The translations under genes and the position numbers were made by a program. DNA of 64,000 nucleotides from Lama glama. Its lineage: Eukaryota. Positions within the stretch are counted from its first letter, which is position 1, and each line of letters begins with the position of its first letter. The notes beneath the pieces were generated by a model. That model saw nothing but the letters and a program-made list of their open reading frames with translations. It was not told the origin of the DNA and did no database searches. Below, one piece after another: positions 11,216 to 24,490 of this stretch. The stretch is taken from NCBI GenBank assembly GCA_028534125.1, contig CM052818.1, forward strand, positions 7,380,001 to 7,444,000. The letters run 5' to 3'.

Positions 11216-13937
11216 GATCATATTGAGGGACATGTAGGAAAAATGCTTGAAGACCCCTGAGCTATGAGTTTCTTCATTGTTCCTTTCAATTCTTTAGATT
11301 TTGTGAATGAGGTCTGGTGAGTGGGCCCTGTGAATAGCAGGGAAACATCCCTCAGTGTAAAGGTTCTCTTACAAACAAGTGTCCTAACAACAAACAAAAT
11401 CCAAACAAACAAGTCCAAAATACAAACTCCCCTGTCTCTCTCTTACGTGTATGCACGTACACACACACGCACACACACACTCCCCTAATAGAGACCCCCC
11501 TCCACTGGTTGTTCTGGTGCAAGCAGTTCATGAACCACACTTTTGAGGAACGTGGGCTTGGTCAGCAGCGTGGGGTGGTCTGGCCGCTGAGACATCTCCA
11601 CAGGTGGGGCGGCCTCAAAGAGGATCATTAACAATCAAAAATTCCTTTTGAAGTTGTTTGCATTGCTGCAGCCTTAAACCCCCTTGGCTTGAGCAGCCCT
11701 CTGCTACACACACAAGGGTTTCTCATGAGTATTTGGTTTGGTTTTGGTGGAAATGAAGGCAAGCGCCTGAGTTCCTCCTCTGGGTGCAGACCCAGGACAG
11801 TGCACAAGGTAGCAAAGTGACTCGAATGGAAAGAATCCAGTGGAAGCAGAAACGAGGAGGCGGAGGTGATCCTGAGAACATAAGTCTTTAAGTGGACATG
11901 ATTGGCGTTCATGTGCTTGCATTTGGCGAGGCGTGACGAGCCCAGCTTGGTTATCCTCATTCTCCCGTGGCCATTCTGTAGTGTTGCTCAACTCCAGGGG
12001 TCAGGAATGGTTCAGCATTCCCAGCAGCAGCAAGAAGGCAGGAGGCATGGAGCTGACTGAGCAGGCAGGTCTCTGAGTGACCTCGTCATCACAACCAGCA
12101 AACCTCCTCCCCAACCGGTGCTGAAGCGAATGGGGATATATTCCCATGACCCAGTGAGGGCTTCCCACGCAGGTGAGCGCTGAAGGCCAGAGAGGAGGGC
12201 TGGGTCCTCCTGGCAAGCGCGTGGCGAGGAGAGCGTCGTATTCATTCTGGACTGGCAGCTCTGACTCAGCCTCTGATTGGCAAAGGTCAGGCCTCCCTTT
12301 CCCAAGGGTTTCCACTCTCGGTTGGGCCCTGCCCAGGTCAGGCAGGTGGGAGGCCTGGTGCTCAGCAGCTGGCCTTGGGACCAGTTCCCAGGAGGCAGCA
12401 AGGGACCCATGCAGCCTTGGCACCATTTTAAAGTCTGGCTTTAGACGCTTATCAGCTGGCTTCTGTGCAAGGCCCAGGCTGAGGTTGCATAAGAATGTGG
12501 AAAATGCCAGGGAAGCCAAAATAGCTTTTTAAAAATAAGGCTTAGACCATAGGCAGGGTGCTTCCACACCACTTGGGTTGTAGTGAAGGAAAATGCAAAC
12601 ATTAGTCCAAAGGCGGAGAAAGAAACAGATACCACCCTGTCAGAAGATGGGGGGCTGGCTCCAGGAGACAAGGGGATGCAAAGAAGGGCAGGGTCTGCCC
12701 CTCATCTTTTCTTTGTTGTGCTATCTGTCATCTCTGAACGCCTCAGACCCGGCGTCACACCACACGGTGAGTGCCTAGGACAAGCTAAAGAGAGCTGAGA
12801 GCCAACCATGGTGTTGATGCCACTGAGGAAAATTCTGGAGTTTTAAGCTATAATGAGGGACAGGGAGATATTCATGCATTTAACGCTGAATCCCTGAAAA
12901 AAAAATGCAGAAAAACCAGTCGTTCTCAACCTTTATTTTAATGCAACTCACATGACCTTTACCTTCATGACTCACCTCCTATAGACAGTGCCAGATTTTG
13001 ACACAACTGTCAAATTTTGTGCAATTCCTGGCTCCCTAGCCCTTATTCCATCTCCTCCTCTCCAGCTTAGCTCAGGAAGAATGCATGTAAGAGTATTGTC
13101 ATTATGGGATAAACTTGAATTGTTCGATTTACTAAAACAGTAAATTCTTTGCAAACCTGAGAGTGAAATGAAGTTGCATCTCTTTTATCAGTTCCATTGC
13201 TTTGGCTCCAGCTTCATCCCTGCTATTGCAAGGATGGCCTTGTCTCTTTCCCAGGATCACTTGTCCTGTGATGAGCCCAAGAACTCCAGGTTCCCAGGAT
13301 GATTATCTGAAACCCAGCAGTCACTCTGGGTCCCTTGGGCCACTGGAGCCACCTCAGGCTGGGGGCCTCAGGCTTCAGGCTTCAGGCTGGGGGCTCCTCA
13401 GGCACTGCCACACCCAGGGCTCCTAGGTGGCCACCCCAGCGCGAGGGGCCAGAGCCTGGAAGTGGCTTGCAGGGTTGCTGCAGTTGCTGCCAGTTTGTAA
13501 TTCCACGACCTAGTTTGAGCCCCAAAGCCTGCCCTGGTTGTTCCCACTTCCTCTAATTCTGATGCTGGGACCTGTCTTGTTGCTGATCCTGGAGTTTGTG
13601 GCACAGCCAGGAGCCCTGGTACAGGTCCCATTGGCAGTTGTCCTTTGAGCACAAGACAGGACAACCCCTGGCCCCTCCAACACTGTGCTGCGCTAAGGCT
13701 GCTGCCCACCTTGAACCACAGGGAGCCGCTTCCCCTGGGCAGGCTGGGCCAGGACAGCATGTGGGGACATGTTCCCATGTCTGCCCCTGGCTGACCGAGG
13801 AGCACAGTTCCCTTCTCAGATGTGTCCTCAGCCCCAAACCAAGCCAAGCTCTGGAAGCATCCCCCATCTTGTTCTCAGAAGACTGCGTCGCAGTGTTATC
13901 ATCCTGTGACATCAGCCATCCGTATCGGTTACAGGTT

Positions 13938-14800
13938 GTGTTAGTCAAGGTTCCACTGGCTGCTGTAACAATTAGACCCTGATTTCAGTGCTTTAACACG
14001 TTAGACGTCTACTTACCGCTCACGTAAGAGTCCACTGCCAGATTCCTAGTCAGCAAGTGGCTTTTTGTCATGTGGCTACTTCCATCCTGGGACCTGAAAG
14101 TCCTCTGCAAATAACAGACAAATGTACAGAAGTCACATCCTCTTCTTTTTTTTTTTAATTGTGCTAAAATATACATTAAATTTACCATTTTGAACATTTT
14201 TAAGTGTGCAGTTCAGTGGCATTAAGCACATTGTTGTGCCACCATCATCACCATCCATTTCCAGAACTTTTCATCTTCCCAAACTAAAACTCTGCACCCA
14301 TTAAACACTAACTCCCCATTCCCCACTCTCCTCCAACCGCTGGCAACTGTCGTTCTGCCTCTGTCTCTGTGAATTTGGCTACTCTAATTACCTCATCTAA
14401 GTGGACTCATACACTATTTGCCCTTTAGTGGCTGGATTGTTTTGTTTAGCATAATGTCTTCAAGGTTCACCCATATTGTAGCACCTGTTAGAATTTCCCT
14501 CCTTTTTAAGCTTGAATAATATTCCATGGTATGTATACACCACATTTTGTTTATCCATTTATCCATTAATGGACACTTGGGGTGTTTTTACCCTCTGGCT
14601 TTTGACACCCTCTTCTTAACCTACAGTTTTGACCTACAAGTGACACCTGTCATTTGATCACATTCCGTAGGAGAACCTATTTCACGGCCCCACCTACCTG
14701 CAAGGCAAGCCAGGAAATGTAATTCCTGACTGGGAAGCCACTTCCCAGAAATAATTCAGCCTACAATTTGTTTGGTAGACAACTAGCTGTCCCTGCCATC
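13938..14800 (-). mobile_element. MaLR LTR (MLT1-like) split by an L1 insertion
   Basis: tgtgttagtcaagg...ggctgctgtaacaa at the start; cacattcc...cacggccccacctacctgcaagg...ggaaatgtaattc after the L1. Confidence 0.6.
14148..14604 (-). mobile_element. L1 (L1MB-like) 3' end
   Basis: Poly-T then aattgtgctaaaatatac...aagtgtgcagttcagtggcattaagcacatt; 13-bp TSD acatcctcttctt (14135-14147) / acaccctcttctt (14605-14617). Confidence 0.85.
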
Positions 14801-15069
14801 CCCTCACCTTTGCCCTTCCTGTCACAACTTTTTACCGTGGCCCAGGAAAAATGTCTTTTTCTTCCCAGTTTCATTTCGTCACAGGACAAAGGTTTTGAGG
14901 TCTAAATGCACTTTCAGTAAATAGCTAGAGCTAACATTTGTGTAGTCTTTTGCAGTTTTCCATGTCCTTTACATAGGGTGTGTGGTTCTAATTCTGTCTC
15001 TCGCTCTCTCACTGTGTGATGTTTGTAGAGCCCTAGTGCTACCACAAATCCAATAAATAGTAATGATTA

Positions 15070-15170
15070 ATTTTCACAGCAAAATGAGATATGATTGCCT
15101 CCCCATCTGTATAGATGAAGGTATTGAGGCTCAGAGAGATTAAGTAACTTGTTCAAAGTTACCCAGATCA
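15070..15170 (-). mobile_element. MIR core
   Basis: ccccatctgtatagatgaaggtattgaggctcagagagattaagtaacttgttcaaagttaccca. Confidence 0.7.
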
Positions 15171-18100
15171 CAAATAATGACTTCATCTCTCTCTACCCCT
15201 TGCCTATGGAGCCATCATCATGGGTTTGGGAAATAACCTTGATGTCCTTCACAGGGCACTTTGAGCCCTCAAACCGAACTCTGCCCCCAGGACACCCTCC
15301 TTGCACTAAAACTGATGGACCATCCCCTCCAGGACCCAAGCTGAGCCCCTTGGAGAATGTGGTCGGGGAGGGAGAAGAGGTCCTGTCACTCAGGAGCCTA
15401 TCCTGTGCTCCTGGCCCCAAGGAGCTTCCCAGGACACTTGGAGCACAAAAACAATATCTTCTGCTTCTCTCACCACTTTCTAACAACATTCCTGAAGCCC
15501 CTCCTATGTCCCAGGCCCTGGGGATGTACGTACGAATAAGAAATGATCCCTCCCCTCCAAAGAGTGCATTGTCCAACCAGTGAGACAGACACGGGAACAG
15601 GTGCTCTCAAATCATATGACAAGTGATACAGACTGATGTACGAAGTGCGATGGGAATTTGGATGAAGGAGTAATTAATTTTGCTTTGTCGTGGCAAGCTA
15701 CAGCGAGAAGGTGACATCAGAGCTGGGTGTAGACAGCTGAGAGAGGATTGGAGAGAGCTAATTTAGATAGAAGGGACAACAAAGCCTCGATGGTGTCAAA
15801 TAGCATGGGGTGTTTAAGGATGAGGAGTGGGTATAGTGAGGGCACAGCATCCGTGGAGACAGGGTCAGGGGAGAGACTCAGGAAGACTGGGTGGGGCCAG
15901 GGATAAAGGGCTGTGATTCTGCAGATGAGGCAAGGAGGTGATTGACTGGGGCTAGGAAGGCCAGAGCCATCTCGTACAAAGCTTCCTCTGGCTGGGCTGA
16001 ACAATGGGAAACGGAACTAATTATCCATTTCATTCTAACCCTGGTCATTCCCAGAGGTCAGGCTCACCCCTCATCCTGGGGTCATCCCTGATGCCACATG
16101 ACAGGGTCATTACGGGCAAAGGCCAGAGAAGAGACCACCTGAGAACACTGTATTCCCATAGTGACACTTCTCCCTTAGTCTGAAGGTGATGAGGGACTAA
16201 TGATAGATATTCTCTCCCCTTGCTGGCTTATAGGGCCAGACCACACCAAACCCCAGGTTGGTCATCTGTAAGCCAGGATCTCTATCTGACACCTGCAAAG
16301 ACAGGGTTGAAGCCTGGGGGTGCCAGGACCACTGTGGCTTCTCCCCTCTCCCAGGGACTGAGGGTGAAGAAGGAGGCAGAGGGAGATGGGAAAGAAGGTG
16401 GGGTAGGGGACAGGAGAACATGTCAGAACTCAGTTCACCATCCACGGCAGGTGCTCACGCGAGGGCTGGCCTCCCCACTCCCTTGACATCAGAATGGGAT
16501 TCCCAGACGTGTTTTCTAAGTAATTTACAACTAGAGGTGGAAAGCAAAGGAATTTGATGTCAACAGTGGACCTGTGGTGAGAAATCAAAATCTGAAGGCA
16601 GCAGCTGCCCCACCCAGGAAGCTAAAGCCCTTCTCTCACTGAGGCTGTGGCCAGAGACACATGCTCTGGGAAGGGCCTGGGAGGCTTGGGTCCTCTCTGT
16701 GTGGACATGGGCTGGCCTGGGTTTGAAGCCCACCCCGCCTCACCTCTGTGTGACCTTGGGAGACAGGCTTTCTCAGCTACAGCTTTATTATCTGAAAAAC
16801 ACTTCACAGAATGGCTGTTCTGATTAAATAACAGCGTTTAAATGTAGATCTCCTTCCCTTGACTTGAGACCTCTTGGATTTACAACGTTGTGGTTTGTAT
16901 GTTCTTAAGATCTGGGAGTCTGCGCCTTCACGTGCCACGCTCTCTGGGCTTTGCCCGCCTGGAGCTCAGGGATGTGAAGGGAGCTTATCTTGAATTGCTG
17001 AAAGTCCTTCTTTCCTACTTATCCTCCAGGCCCGTTGATTTGCTGGCCAGGAGAAATGTGGAAAAGATCAAAACAGTATCAAAGTTGATCCCTGAATTTG
17101 GCAGAGCTAAACTCAAACACATCACTCAACATGTCCTGTGGTATCTTCAGTAGCTACATGGGATGTTGCTCACTGGTAATACATGCCCCTAAGGATTAAT
17201 AACCAAAAATTTGTAAATTGGGTCATTTAAATCTTGTAGGGGAGCTTATTGTTTAGAAGGGCTTTGTTCCAAATCCTTTTTTAAAGCCAGTAACTCTCTT
17301 GTATTGTAAATCTTTTCCTATCTAGACCTAGGGATTTCTGGTACAGATGTGTCCACTTATGTAACAGGTGTGCTGAGATGCACAGTGTGAAGCTTAAGTC
17401 AGAACACATCACTGATTAACTCCTGTCACCTGGTATACCAGCCATGGAGTGAAATCCTGTTATGAATCCATTTATACAACGAATATTTGCTGAGAACCCA
17501 CCTATACTTACCCCAAGGGCACAGGAGTGAAGGAGACACACTTCTGCCTCCAAGGACTTCATAGTCCAGTGGCAAAGGCAGGCAGGCACACGGCTCCCTA
17601 TGGTTTAGCATCCCAGATGCCATGCATTGTGTAAACTAATCTCCTCAAATGGACTATGTAATCTAGAGACTGGATTATTTGGCATCCCCTACTGCACACT
17701 GGCCCCCAGTGGGATCCATGTCTAGTATTATGAAAGTCACACAATATCATCATTAATTAATCATAAATGACACTGTCAGATTGAAACAAAAATCTATTCA
17801 GAAAAACAATCCAGATTCTGTCATCAACATATGCCACTCTAGTGGCAGAAGCTCTGATTAATTGTTTCATTTTCCTCTCCAGTTTTATTCTAGTCTTCAA
17901 AATGACTTTGTACAGCAATGTTCTGGATTCCTTAATTCCTCTGACCCCTGCCAGGGCTGGGGCTGTGATGGTGTTCAATGGTGGGGCAGCTGAAACATTC
18001 AAAATTCAAGGCAGGACCCATGATTGGGTTTCGTAAGAAACCATGAGTCTAAGCTGATAGTCAGCATACCTTAACAAGGCAAGTTTTTTTCAGATCCAGT

Positions 18101-19910
18101 ATCTGAAAGAGTTGAAGGAGTAGAATTGAAGAAGTTAAGAAATGACATTGGGAGGTATAAGGCTAAAGGGCTCTTTGATGAAAGTTATAAGAAAGTAGGT
18201 TTGGGGTCAAAATAAGGAAGAGTTCATCACAGTTGGAGCCACTCAAGACTGGTGGAGGTAGTGGGCTTTCTGTTATTGACAGAGGTGTCACAAGCAGAGA
18301 TGTGACGACAGTCGGGGGTTTTTATACTGGGTGGGAGGTTGGATAAGATGAGCTCTACAGCCATTTGTGCCGAACTTAAGTCTTCACTCTGCTCACAACT
18401 GATAGAACAAACCAGGCCTGGCAATGTCATGTCTCCTGGGCTCCATTTTATCGTTGCTGAGTTGGAAAAAGGGAGAAATTGTCAGAGCCCTCGATGGTCA
18501 CTGTGGGCAAACTCCAGACCATTAGCCGAGGACCTCGAAGGTGAGTGAGCATAGTCTTGGGAGTTGGAACGCTAGATCCATCAACTCCATCTGATGACTC
18601 GGAAGTTCCTTCAATCCCCAACACTGGAGACCAGCAAGGCTGGTTTGTCTTGTTCTAATTATTATTTAGATGACTATTTGGCTCATTCCTGAGCAAGGCT
18701 TAAATCAAGTCAGACTTGTTAATTGAATCAAGGTTATATAATCATATTTGGGCATTTAAATGCAAACCAATTATGTTGGAGCGCAAGCATCTTATACACA
18801 AGGAGGGAGTTCTATTAAGTGTTGGGAATGTATGCCAATACACAAAGCCTAACCCCTAAAGTGGAGGGTGGAGCACTCCAGGGCACTCCTGTTTCGATGA
18901 GGTTGTTGTAATAGTTATTGCTCTGGGCACATTCTGGGAAGATGCTGGAAACCTTTCAAACAAGTATGACGTGATGTTATTACCCCAGCTTGTCGAACCC
19001 ATGACATTTGGAACTTGTCTTTCTGTAACATTTGGCTTGGCTTATAAATGCATTATCAAAATCTGTAGGAGGCATTTCCAAGGAGCCCTTGGTCTCCCTG
19101 GTCATCAGAGTTCCCTCCTTCTCTCCCTTGACAAACATCCCATAGGGCCTGATTAGGCTTTTCGTTTTTCACTGGAACCTCTTTCTAGCTTCCCGTCTAA
19201 GTCCACAAGCCTCCAAATGTGGCACTCCTCAAATAATAGCCCCCTCTGCAAAGAGAGAGGAAAACAGGAAGGAAGCGATAGGGAAGTCATTGACAAGTTG
19301 AAGAGGGGGACTAGTAACATAAAGCAACACATCAGGAAGAAGTCACCAGGCTCGAGATTGAAGTGTTTGTCCCTAAACTCTCTGAGACTCACCCAGCTAA
19401 CAGCCTCAGGGGGACTTCTAGCCCAGGGGCTCCCCATATATTCTGCATTCCTCATTTGGAGGGTGAGGAGCCAGATGCCCAGTTTGTGTCCAGTGTTAAG
19501 AACTCAGCCTGAAAGACAGCTAGATGCCATCACTGGAGATGGCATGCCTCCAGAGGAAGAAGTACTTTCTACCTTCACACTTTGTGTCTCGGACATGAAA
19601 GCATCTAGTGCCTCTGAAGAGAAGCATTCCGGGGAGAGTTTCCTCTTCACCACCATCCTGGTTCGGGAATCCTTGCAGACTAGAAATTGCAAAACTCAGG
19701 GAGGGACCACTCACTGGAGGTGGAGACCTTGCTGCAGGTTTCATTATAAGCACGTGGCTGAAATGTGTCACACGTGGGCAGGCAGACATGCTAGTGTGTC
19801 CCAAATCAGCCTCTGGTCAGAGGACTTCAGCAAGACCAAAGGAAACAGCAAGCTGATTTTTTTTCAAATAGGCTTCATTAGACCCATAGAGGACTGACCC
19901 TAAACCTAAC

Positions 19911-20048
19911 TTTTTTTTTTTTTGAGCTGGCAAGAATATTAAGTTTATTTATTTATTTACTTATTTATTTAAATGAAGGTACTGGGGATTGAACCCAGGA
20001 CCTTGTGCATGCTAAGAACACATTTTATCACTGAGCTAGATCCTCCCC
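19911..20048 (-). mobile_element. tRNA-derived SINE (Vic-1-like)
   Basis: Poly-T/(TTTA)n then ggtactggggattgaacccaggaccttgtgcatgctaag...ctgagctagatcctcccc; homologous to 1057-1205. Confidence 0.9.
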
Positions 20049-21439
20049 TACTTAACCCTGACTTCGGATTACCCTTTTCTTGCCAGGAGTTGTATTACTT
20101 GATTCTATCTGGAACTGAATGTTTTGATAGACTTTGGTGTAGCTTCTCAGTCTTTTGAGAGTCAGCTATCAAGGGCTTATATTTATTCTGGGTCAGCCCT
20201 TCACCCCCTTTTCCTCTCCCCTCCCAACCCTGCCCTGGGCATCTGTGACACAGACAAGCCCACGACATCTGGCAAGCCTGGCAAGACTATTAACTTTAGG
20301 CGAGAATGTGGGTGTTAGCACGTCAGAGTAGATCTGAGAAAACACTCCAAACCAAACCCTTCCACGCTGGGAACTCAGTCCCTAAAAGAGAATCAAGATA
20401 AGGGCAACCGACTCACCTGTGAGAGGGCAGTGCAGGGGAGAGGCCACCCTGCTATGTGAAGAGCTCAGGGAAGAGGCAGGCTCAGCTGGGCCCTGCTCGT
20501 TCACTTGATGGACTTCCACAACCGCTACTCTGGAGACCAGGGTGTGCGAAGCAGGAAAGAATACCATCCCTGCCCTGAGCTCTGGGATGGTGGCTGTAAG
20601 CCCCCAAGATGCCTGCAGGGCTGAATGGTGGCCTTCATGTTGCTTGGCTAAAGGGTAATGGACTCAGGCCTAAACTTACTTGCATCATTCACGCAGAGGG
20701 CTCTGACCAGGAGCTATTTTCAGATGACACAGATCCCCACGAGGCACTTGCCTCTTGCTTCTGACACTTCTAAGGGTGACTCTTGCCACATGACTGTAGT
20801 GACGAGTGAAGCTTTTCTCCAGTGATGTCATTGAGAATTCCAGACTTCCCAAGAAGGGAGAGGCTATGGCTGGGAATACAGACTTCCCAGCGCATCCCAC
20901 TTCTTAGACTCCCAGATCTGGGGGCATAAAAAGAGACCTTAGAATGATGAGGGTCCTGAAAAGAAAAAGAAAAATACTTTTCAAGTTATGAAATCTGGTT
21001 GTTATCATTGCTAGTTTAAATATGTGGTGCTGCTTCAGTTTCAAAAACAGGAGGTGGCAAGATCCAGAGTTCCAGGTATCTAAGTAGTTGTTTGGGAGCA
21101 GGTGTTTCAAGGAAGTTTAGAGGAGACTCTTGGGGCTGTAGGTCAGTAGTCACTTTCCTAGCAGTGCTCTGAGGTCTTGGGTTTCATAAAAGATAATCAT
21201 AATTTCTCCTTTTAAGGAAAGTTGAGTCTAATTGTAGTTTTTGCTTCCTCTAAGTCCTAATTTCCCAATCCTATCCATCCTTCAAGACCCAGCTCAAATG
21301 CCACCTCCTCTCATAAGCCTTTCATGATTGACCCTGGTTGGAATTTCCCTCTCCCTTCTGTAATTCCCATGGCACTTTATCTACACCTCTCTGATGGCCA
21401 CTTTCCACCTTCTATAAGGTGAGTTACGCATTTATTTTA

Positions 21440-22555
21440 TAGTAATACATTTCAAAAGATTGAAATCTTAGAGTATGTTCTTTGACCACAATGGAATTAA
21501 ATAAAAAATTAATGATATACCTAGATAATTATAAACATTTGGATATTATATAACATATTTCTAAATAACCATGGATTAATGAAGAAATTTTAAGAGAAAT
21601 TAGAAAATATTCAAATTGAATAATAATGAAAATTTAATATTCCATTTCAAAATTTGTAGAGTGCAGGTTAACTCAGTGCTTAGAAATTAAATAACCTGAT
21701 CATATTAGAAAAGAAGAAAGGTTTAAAATTAATTATCCAGATTTCCACTTAAAAAGAAAAAAATAAGGAAATTAAACCCAAAGAAAGTAGAAAAAAATAG
21801 TAAGTATAGAAACAGAAGTCAATATATTGGAAAACAAACTAGGGATTTTTTTAATAAACTTGAAAATTGATTCTTTGAAAAGTTTCATAAAATTGATAAA
21901 CCCCTCGCAAGACTGAGAATTAAAAAAAGAAAGATAATACAAATTATCTATACGTGAGATGGAAGAAAGGGTATCATTACCAGTCCTATAGACATTATAA
22001 CAATAATAGGGGAATACTATGAACAACTTTATGCCAATAAAGTTGATAAGTGAAATGAACAAATTCTTTGAAAAATATAATTTGCCAAAATTTACACAGA
22101 AGAAACAGAAAATCTAGAGTTCAGGGTTTCAAGCACGAGCTGCCTGTTCTCAAAAAAAAAAAAAAAAAGAAAAGAAAGAAAGAAAGAAAGAAAGAAAAGA
22201 AAAAAATCTAAATAATCTATGTTTTATAAAGAAATTGAATTCATTGTAAGAAGCTTGCCACAAAGAAAACTCTATGCATGGATAATTTCACTTGTGAATA
22301 GATTCTTTTAAGGAAAAAATAATATAAACCTGGCATAAACTCTTTCAAAAAGGGTGAAGGGAAAGTTTTCTAATTTATTTTATGAGGTCAGCATAACCCT
22401 GATATCAAGATCTGACAAAGACGTCTAAGGAAATGTAATAGACGGGTATACCTGTGAACATAGACACAAAAATCCTTAACAAAATGTAAGGAAATGAAAC
22501 TCAGCAATACATAATAATGCATTGTGATCAAGTGGAAGTTACTCCAGGAATGTAC
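21440..22555 (+). mobile_element. Degraded old L1 ORF2 fragment (endonuclease end to RT start)
   Basis: A-rich; motifs ttctttgaccacaatggaattaaa, ctaaataaccatgg, aaaattgataaacccct, tactatgaacaactttatgccaataa, ttttatgaggtcagcataaccctgata; many stops. Confidence 0.85.
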
Positions 22556-23334
22556 ATAAAATGCATAAAACTCCTCTTTAGTAAACTTTCTTTGAACTTT
22601 TGAATGTTATGGACATATTTTATTATATTGGTTTCTAGCATCTGTTAAGAACCAGTCTCAGCAGTGCATAAAATCTCCTTCACTATTTTTATAACTTCCT
22701 ATGTCTATACTTATTTCAAAATAGTGAAAAACAAACAAATGAAAAACAACAACCGAGGTCAAGAACATCATGCCAAATCTTTATTGCAAAATTTTACTTA
22801 AATCAAGTATTACATTTCTTGTTGAGATCAACTCTATTACAAAATTTAGAAACCATTTAAATATGGGTTTAAAATAATTGCATATTGAGCAATACGTATA
22901 CATGTATGAAATAAGATTATTTTCCCCAAACATGCTCTTTTTCTTCATTTCCCACATTTAATCCTAGTTTTAAATGCTTTTTAATTTCAAAATTGCTCTA
23001 TCTTTGTGAGATAAAACCGGGAAAATTAGTATTTTAATTTCTTGTTGAAAAATAATATTCAAGCCATAACTCGTGGTGGGGGAGCTGAGAATGCAGGTCC
23101 AGCTTGCTGACTTCTGTAAAAGAGACTCCAGCACAGCATCCCCACCTTGTTCCCCAGGAGATGGCAATGGGTCCTGTGTTTGTGGTTTAGGAGTTGGACT
23201 TCATACTCCAGGCAAAAGAGACTTTAATAATCTCTTTAATCTCTGCTAGGTAGAGAGATTAAAAGGTACAGCATTTCTTCTAATCTCAGGTACCTGACTG
23301 TGTAACCCACCATTATTATAAGCACCTCTAAGAA

Positions 23335-23450
23335 AGAGGGAAGTGCAGCTCAGAGGGGTTAAGTCACTTGCCCAAGGTCACACAGGTAGAAGCTGGACCT
23401 TGAACTCTGGTAGTCCGCCTCCTGAGCCAGCACTCTTTACTGCCACATTA
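23335..23450 (-). mobile_element. MIR
   Basis: gctcagaggggttaagtcacttgcccaaggtcacacag...ttgaactc. Confidence 0.75.
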
Positions 23451-24239
23451 CTATTCAGGCTCACAAAAGGAGAAGGAGGCTGCCAGTGCTGTAGGGATGT
23501 CTAAGATTAGGTCATCCAGTCCTGGCACAGGAACAATTTGTAAAGGGAACGGTATGGTGAGCAGAAACCAGACTGTAGCGGGTGTGGAGGGACTGAGTTT
23601 GAAGAAGTAGAAACATTACTGTGGACCTCTGATGAAGTGCGGCAATTACAAGGAGTTGGTGTTTTTTTTTGTTTGTTTTTTTTGTTTTTTTTTAAAGGTT
23701 GGGAGGCTTACTGGTTGAGGAGAAGGTGGAGAGAAAATAACCAGGCCCGGGAAGTCTGCAGAGGTAACAAGAATGGGATCAGGAGTGCAGGTGAAGGCTG
23801 GATTAGACAGGGGACATGTCCTCTTAGGCTGAATACAGGAACCTGGAGCTGTTCTGAGATACCAGTAAGTTTCTGGGAGCAGGGGTTTGAGAGACTTGTA
23901 CATTGTTTTCTTGGGGGAACGAGGTTGTGAGACCATCAGCTGAGAGTGGAAAATAGGGCCTTGAAGATGAGGACGCTTTGGTATGGTGACTACGGAAAAC
24001 ACGAACGACAGGAACATGGAATGGCTAGACCCCACATTCTCCCAGGAATGTCCTCTGAGACTTCAGACATATTGTGCATTTCCAACTAATTCCACAAAGC
24101 AGCCTCTGTCCCCAAATGGCTGACTATTCCTGACCCATCTCATCCTGTGAGTCCACGTCTCATCTGTGGGATTAGCTTGGGGATGTGCTTGGCTGGTCCC
24201 GTGGCATTAGTGGAAAGCAGATGTGGTTCCTTTCTCTGG

Positions 24240-24490
24240 GAGGAGTGATTAGAAATGAGTGTAGGCTCTAGATTCCTAGATTGAATCCTGGCTCCCATAG
24301 GCACCAGCTGTGTGATTTTGAGTAAGTGGCTTAACCTCTCTGTGCTTCCTTTCTTCATCTGTACAACAGGGATAAAAATAGTGCCTATCTTATAGGATTA
24401 TTGTGAAGATTAAGTGAGGTTATATGTATGAAACATGTTAGAACTATTCCAGCCACGTAGTAAGTGCTCGAAAATATTAGCTATCATTAT
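24240..24490 (+). mobile_element. MIR, near full length
   Basis: ttgaatcctggctcc...agctgtgtgattttgagtaagtggcttaacctctctgtgc...ataggattattgtgaagattaagtgag...gtaagtgctcgaaaatattagctatcatt. Confidence 0.85.

Noticed and set aside
19217..19897. Longest non-repeat ORF (226 aa)
   Set aside because: Composition looks like random non-coding translation, no recognisable domain or exon structure, and it ends beside a SINE tail
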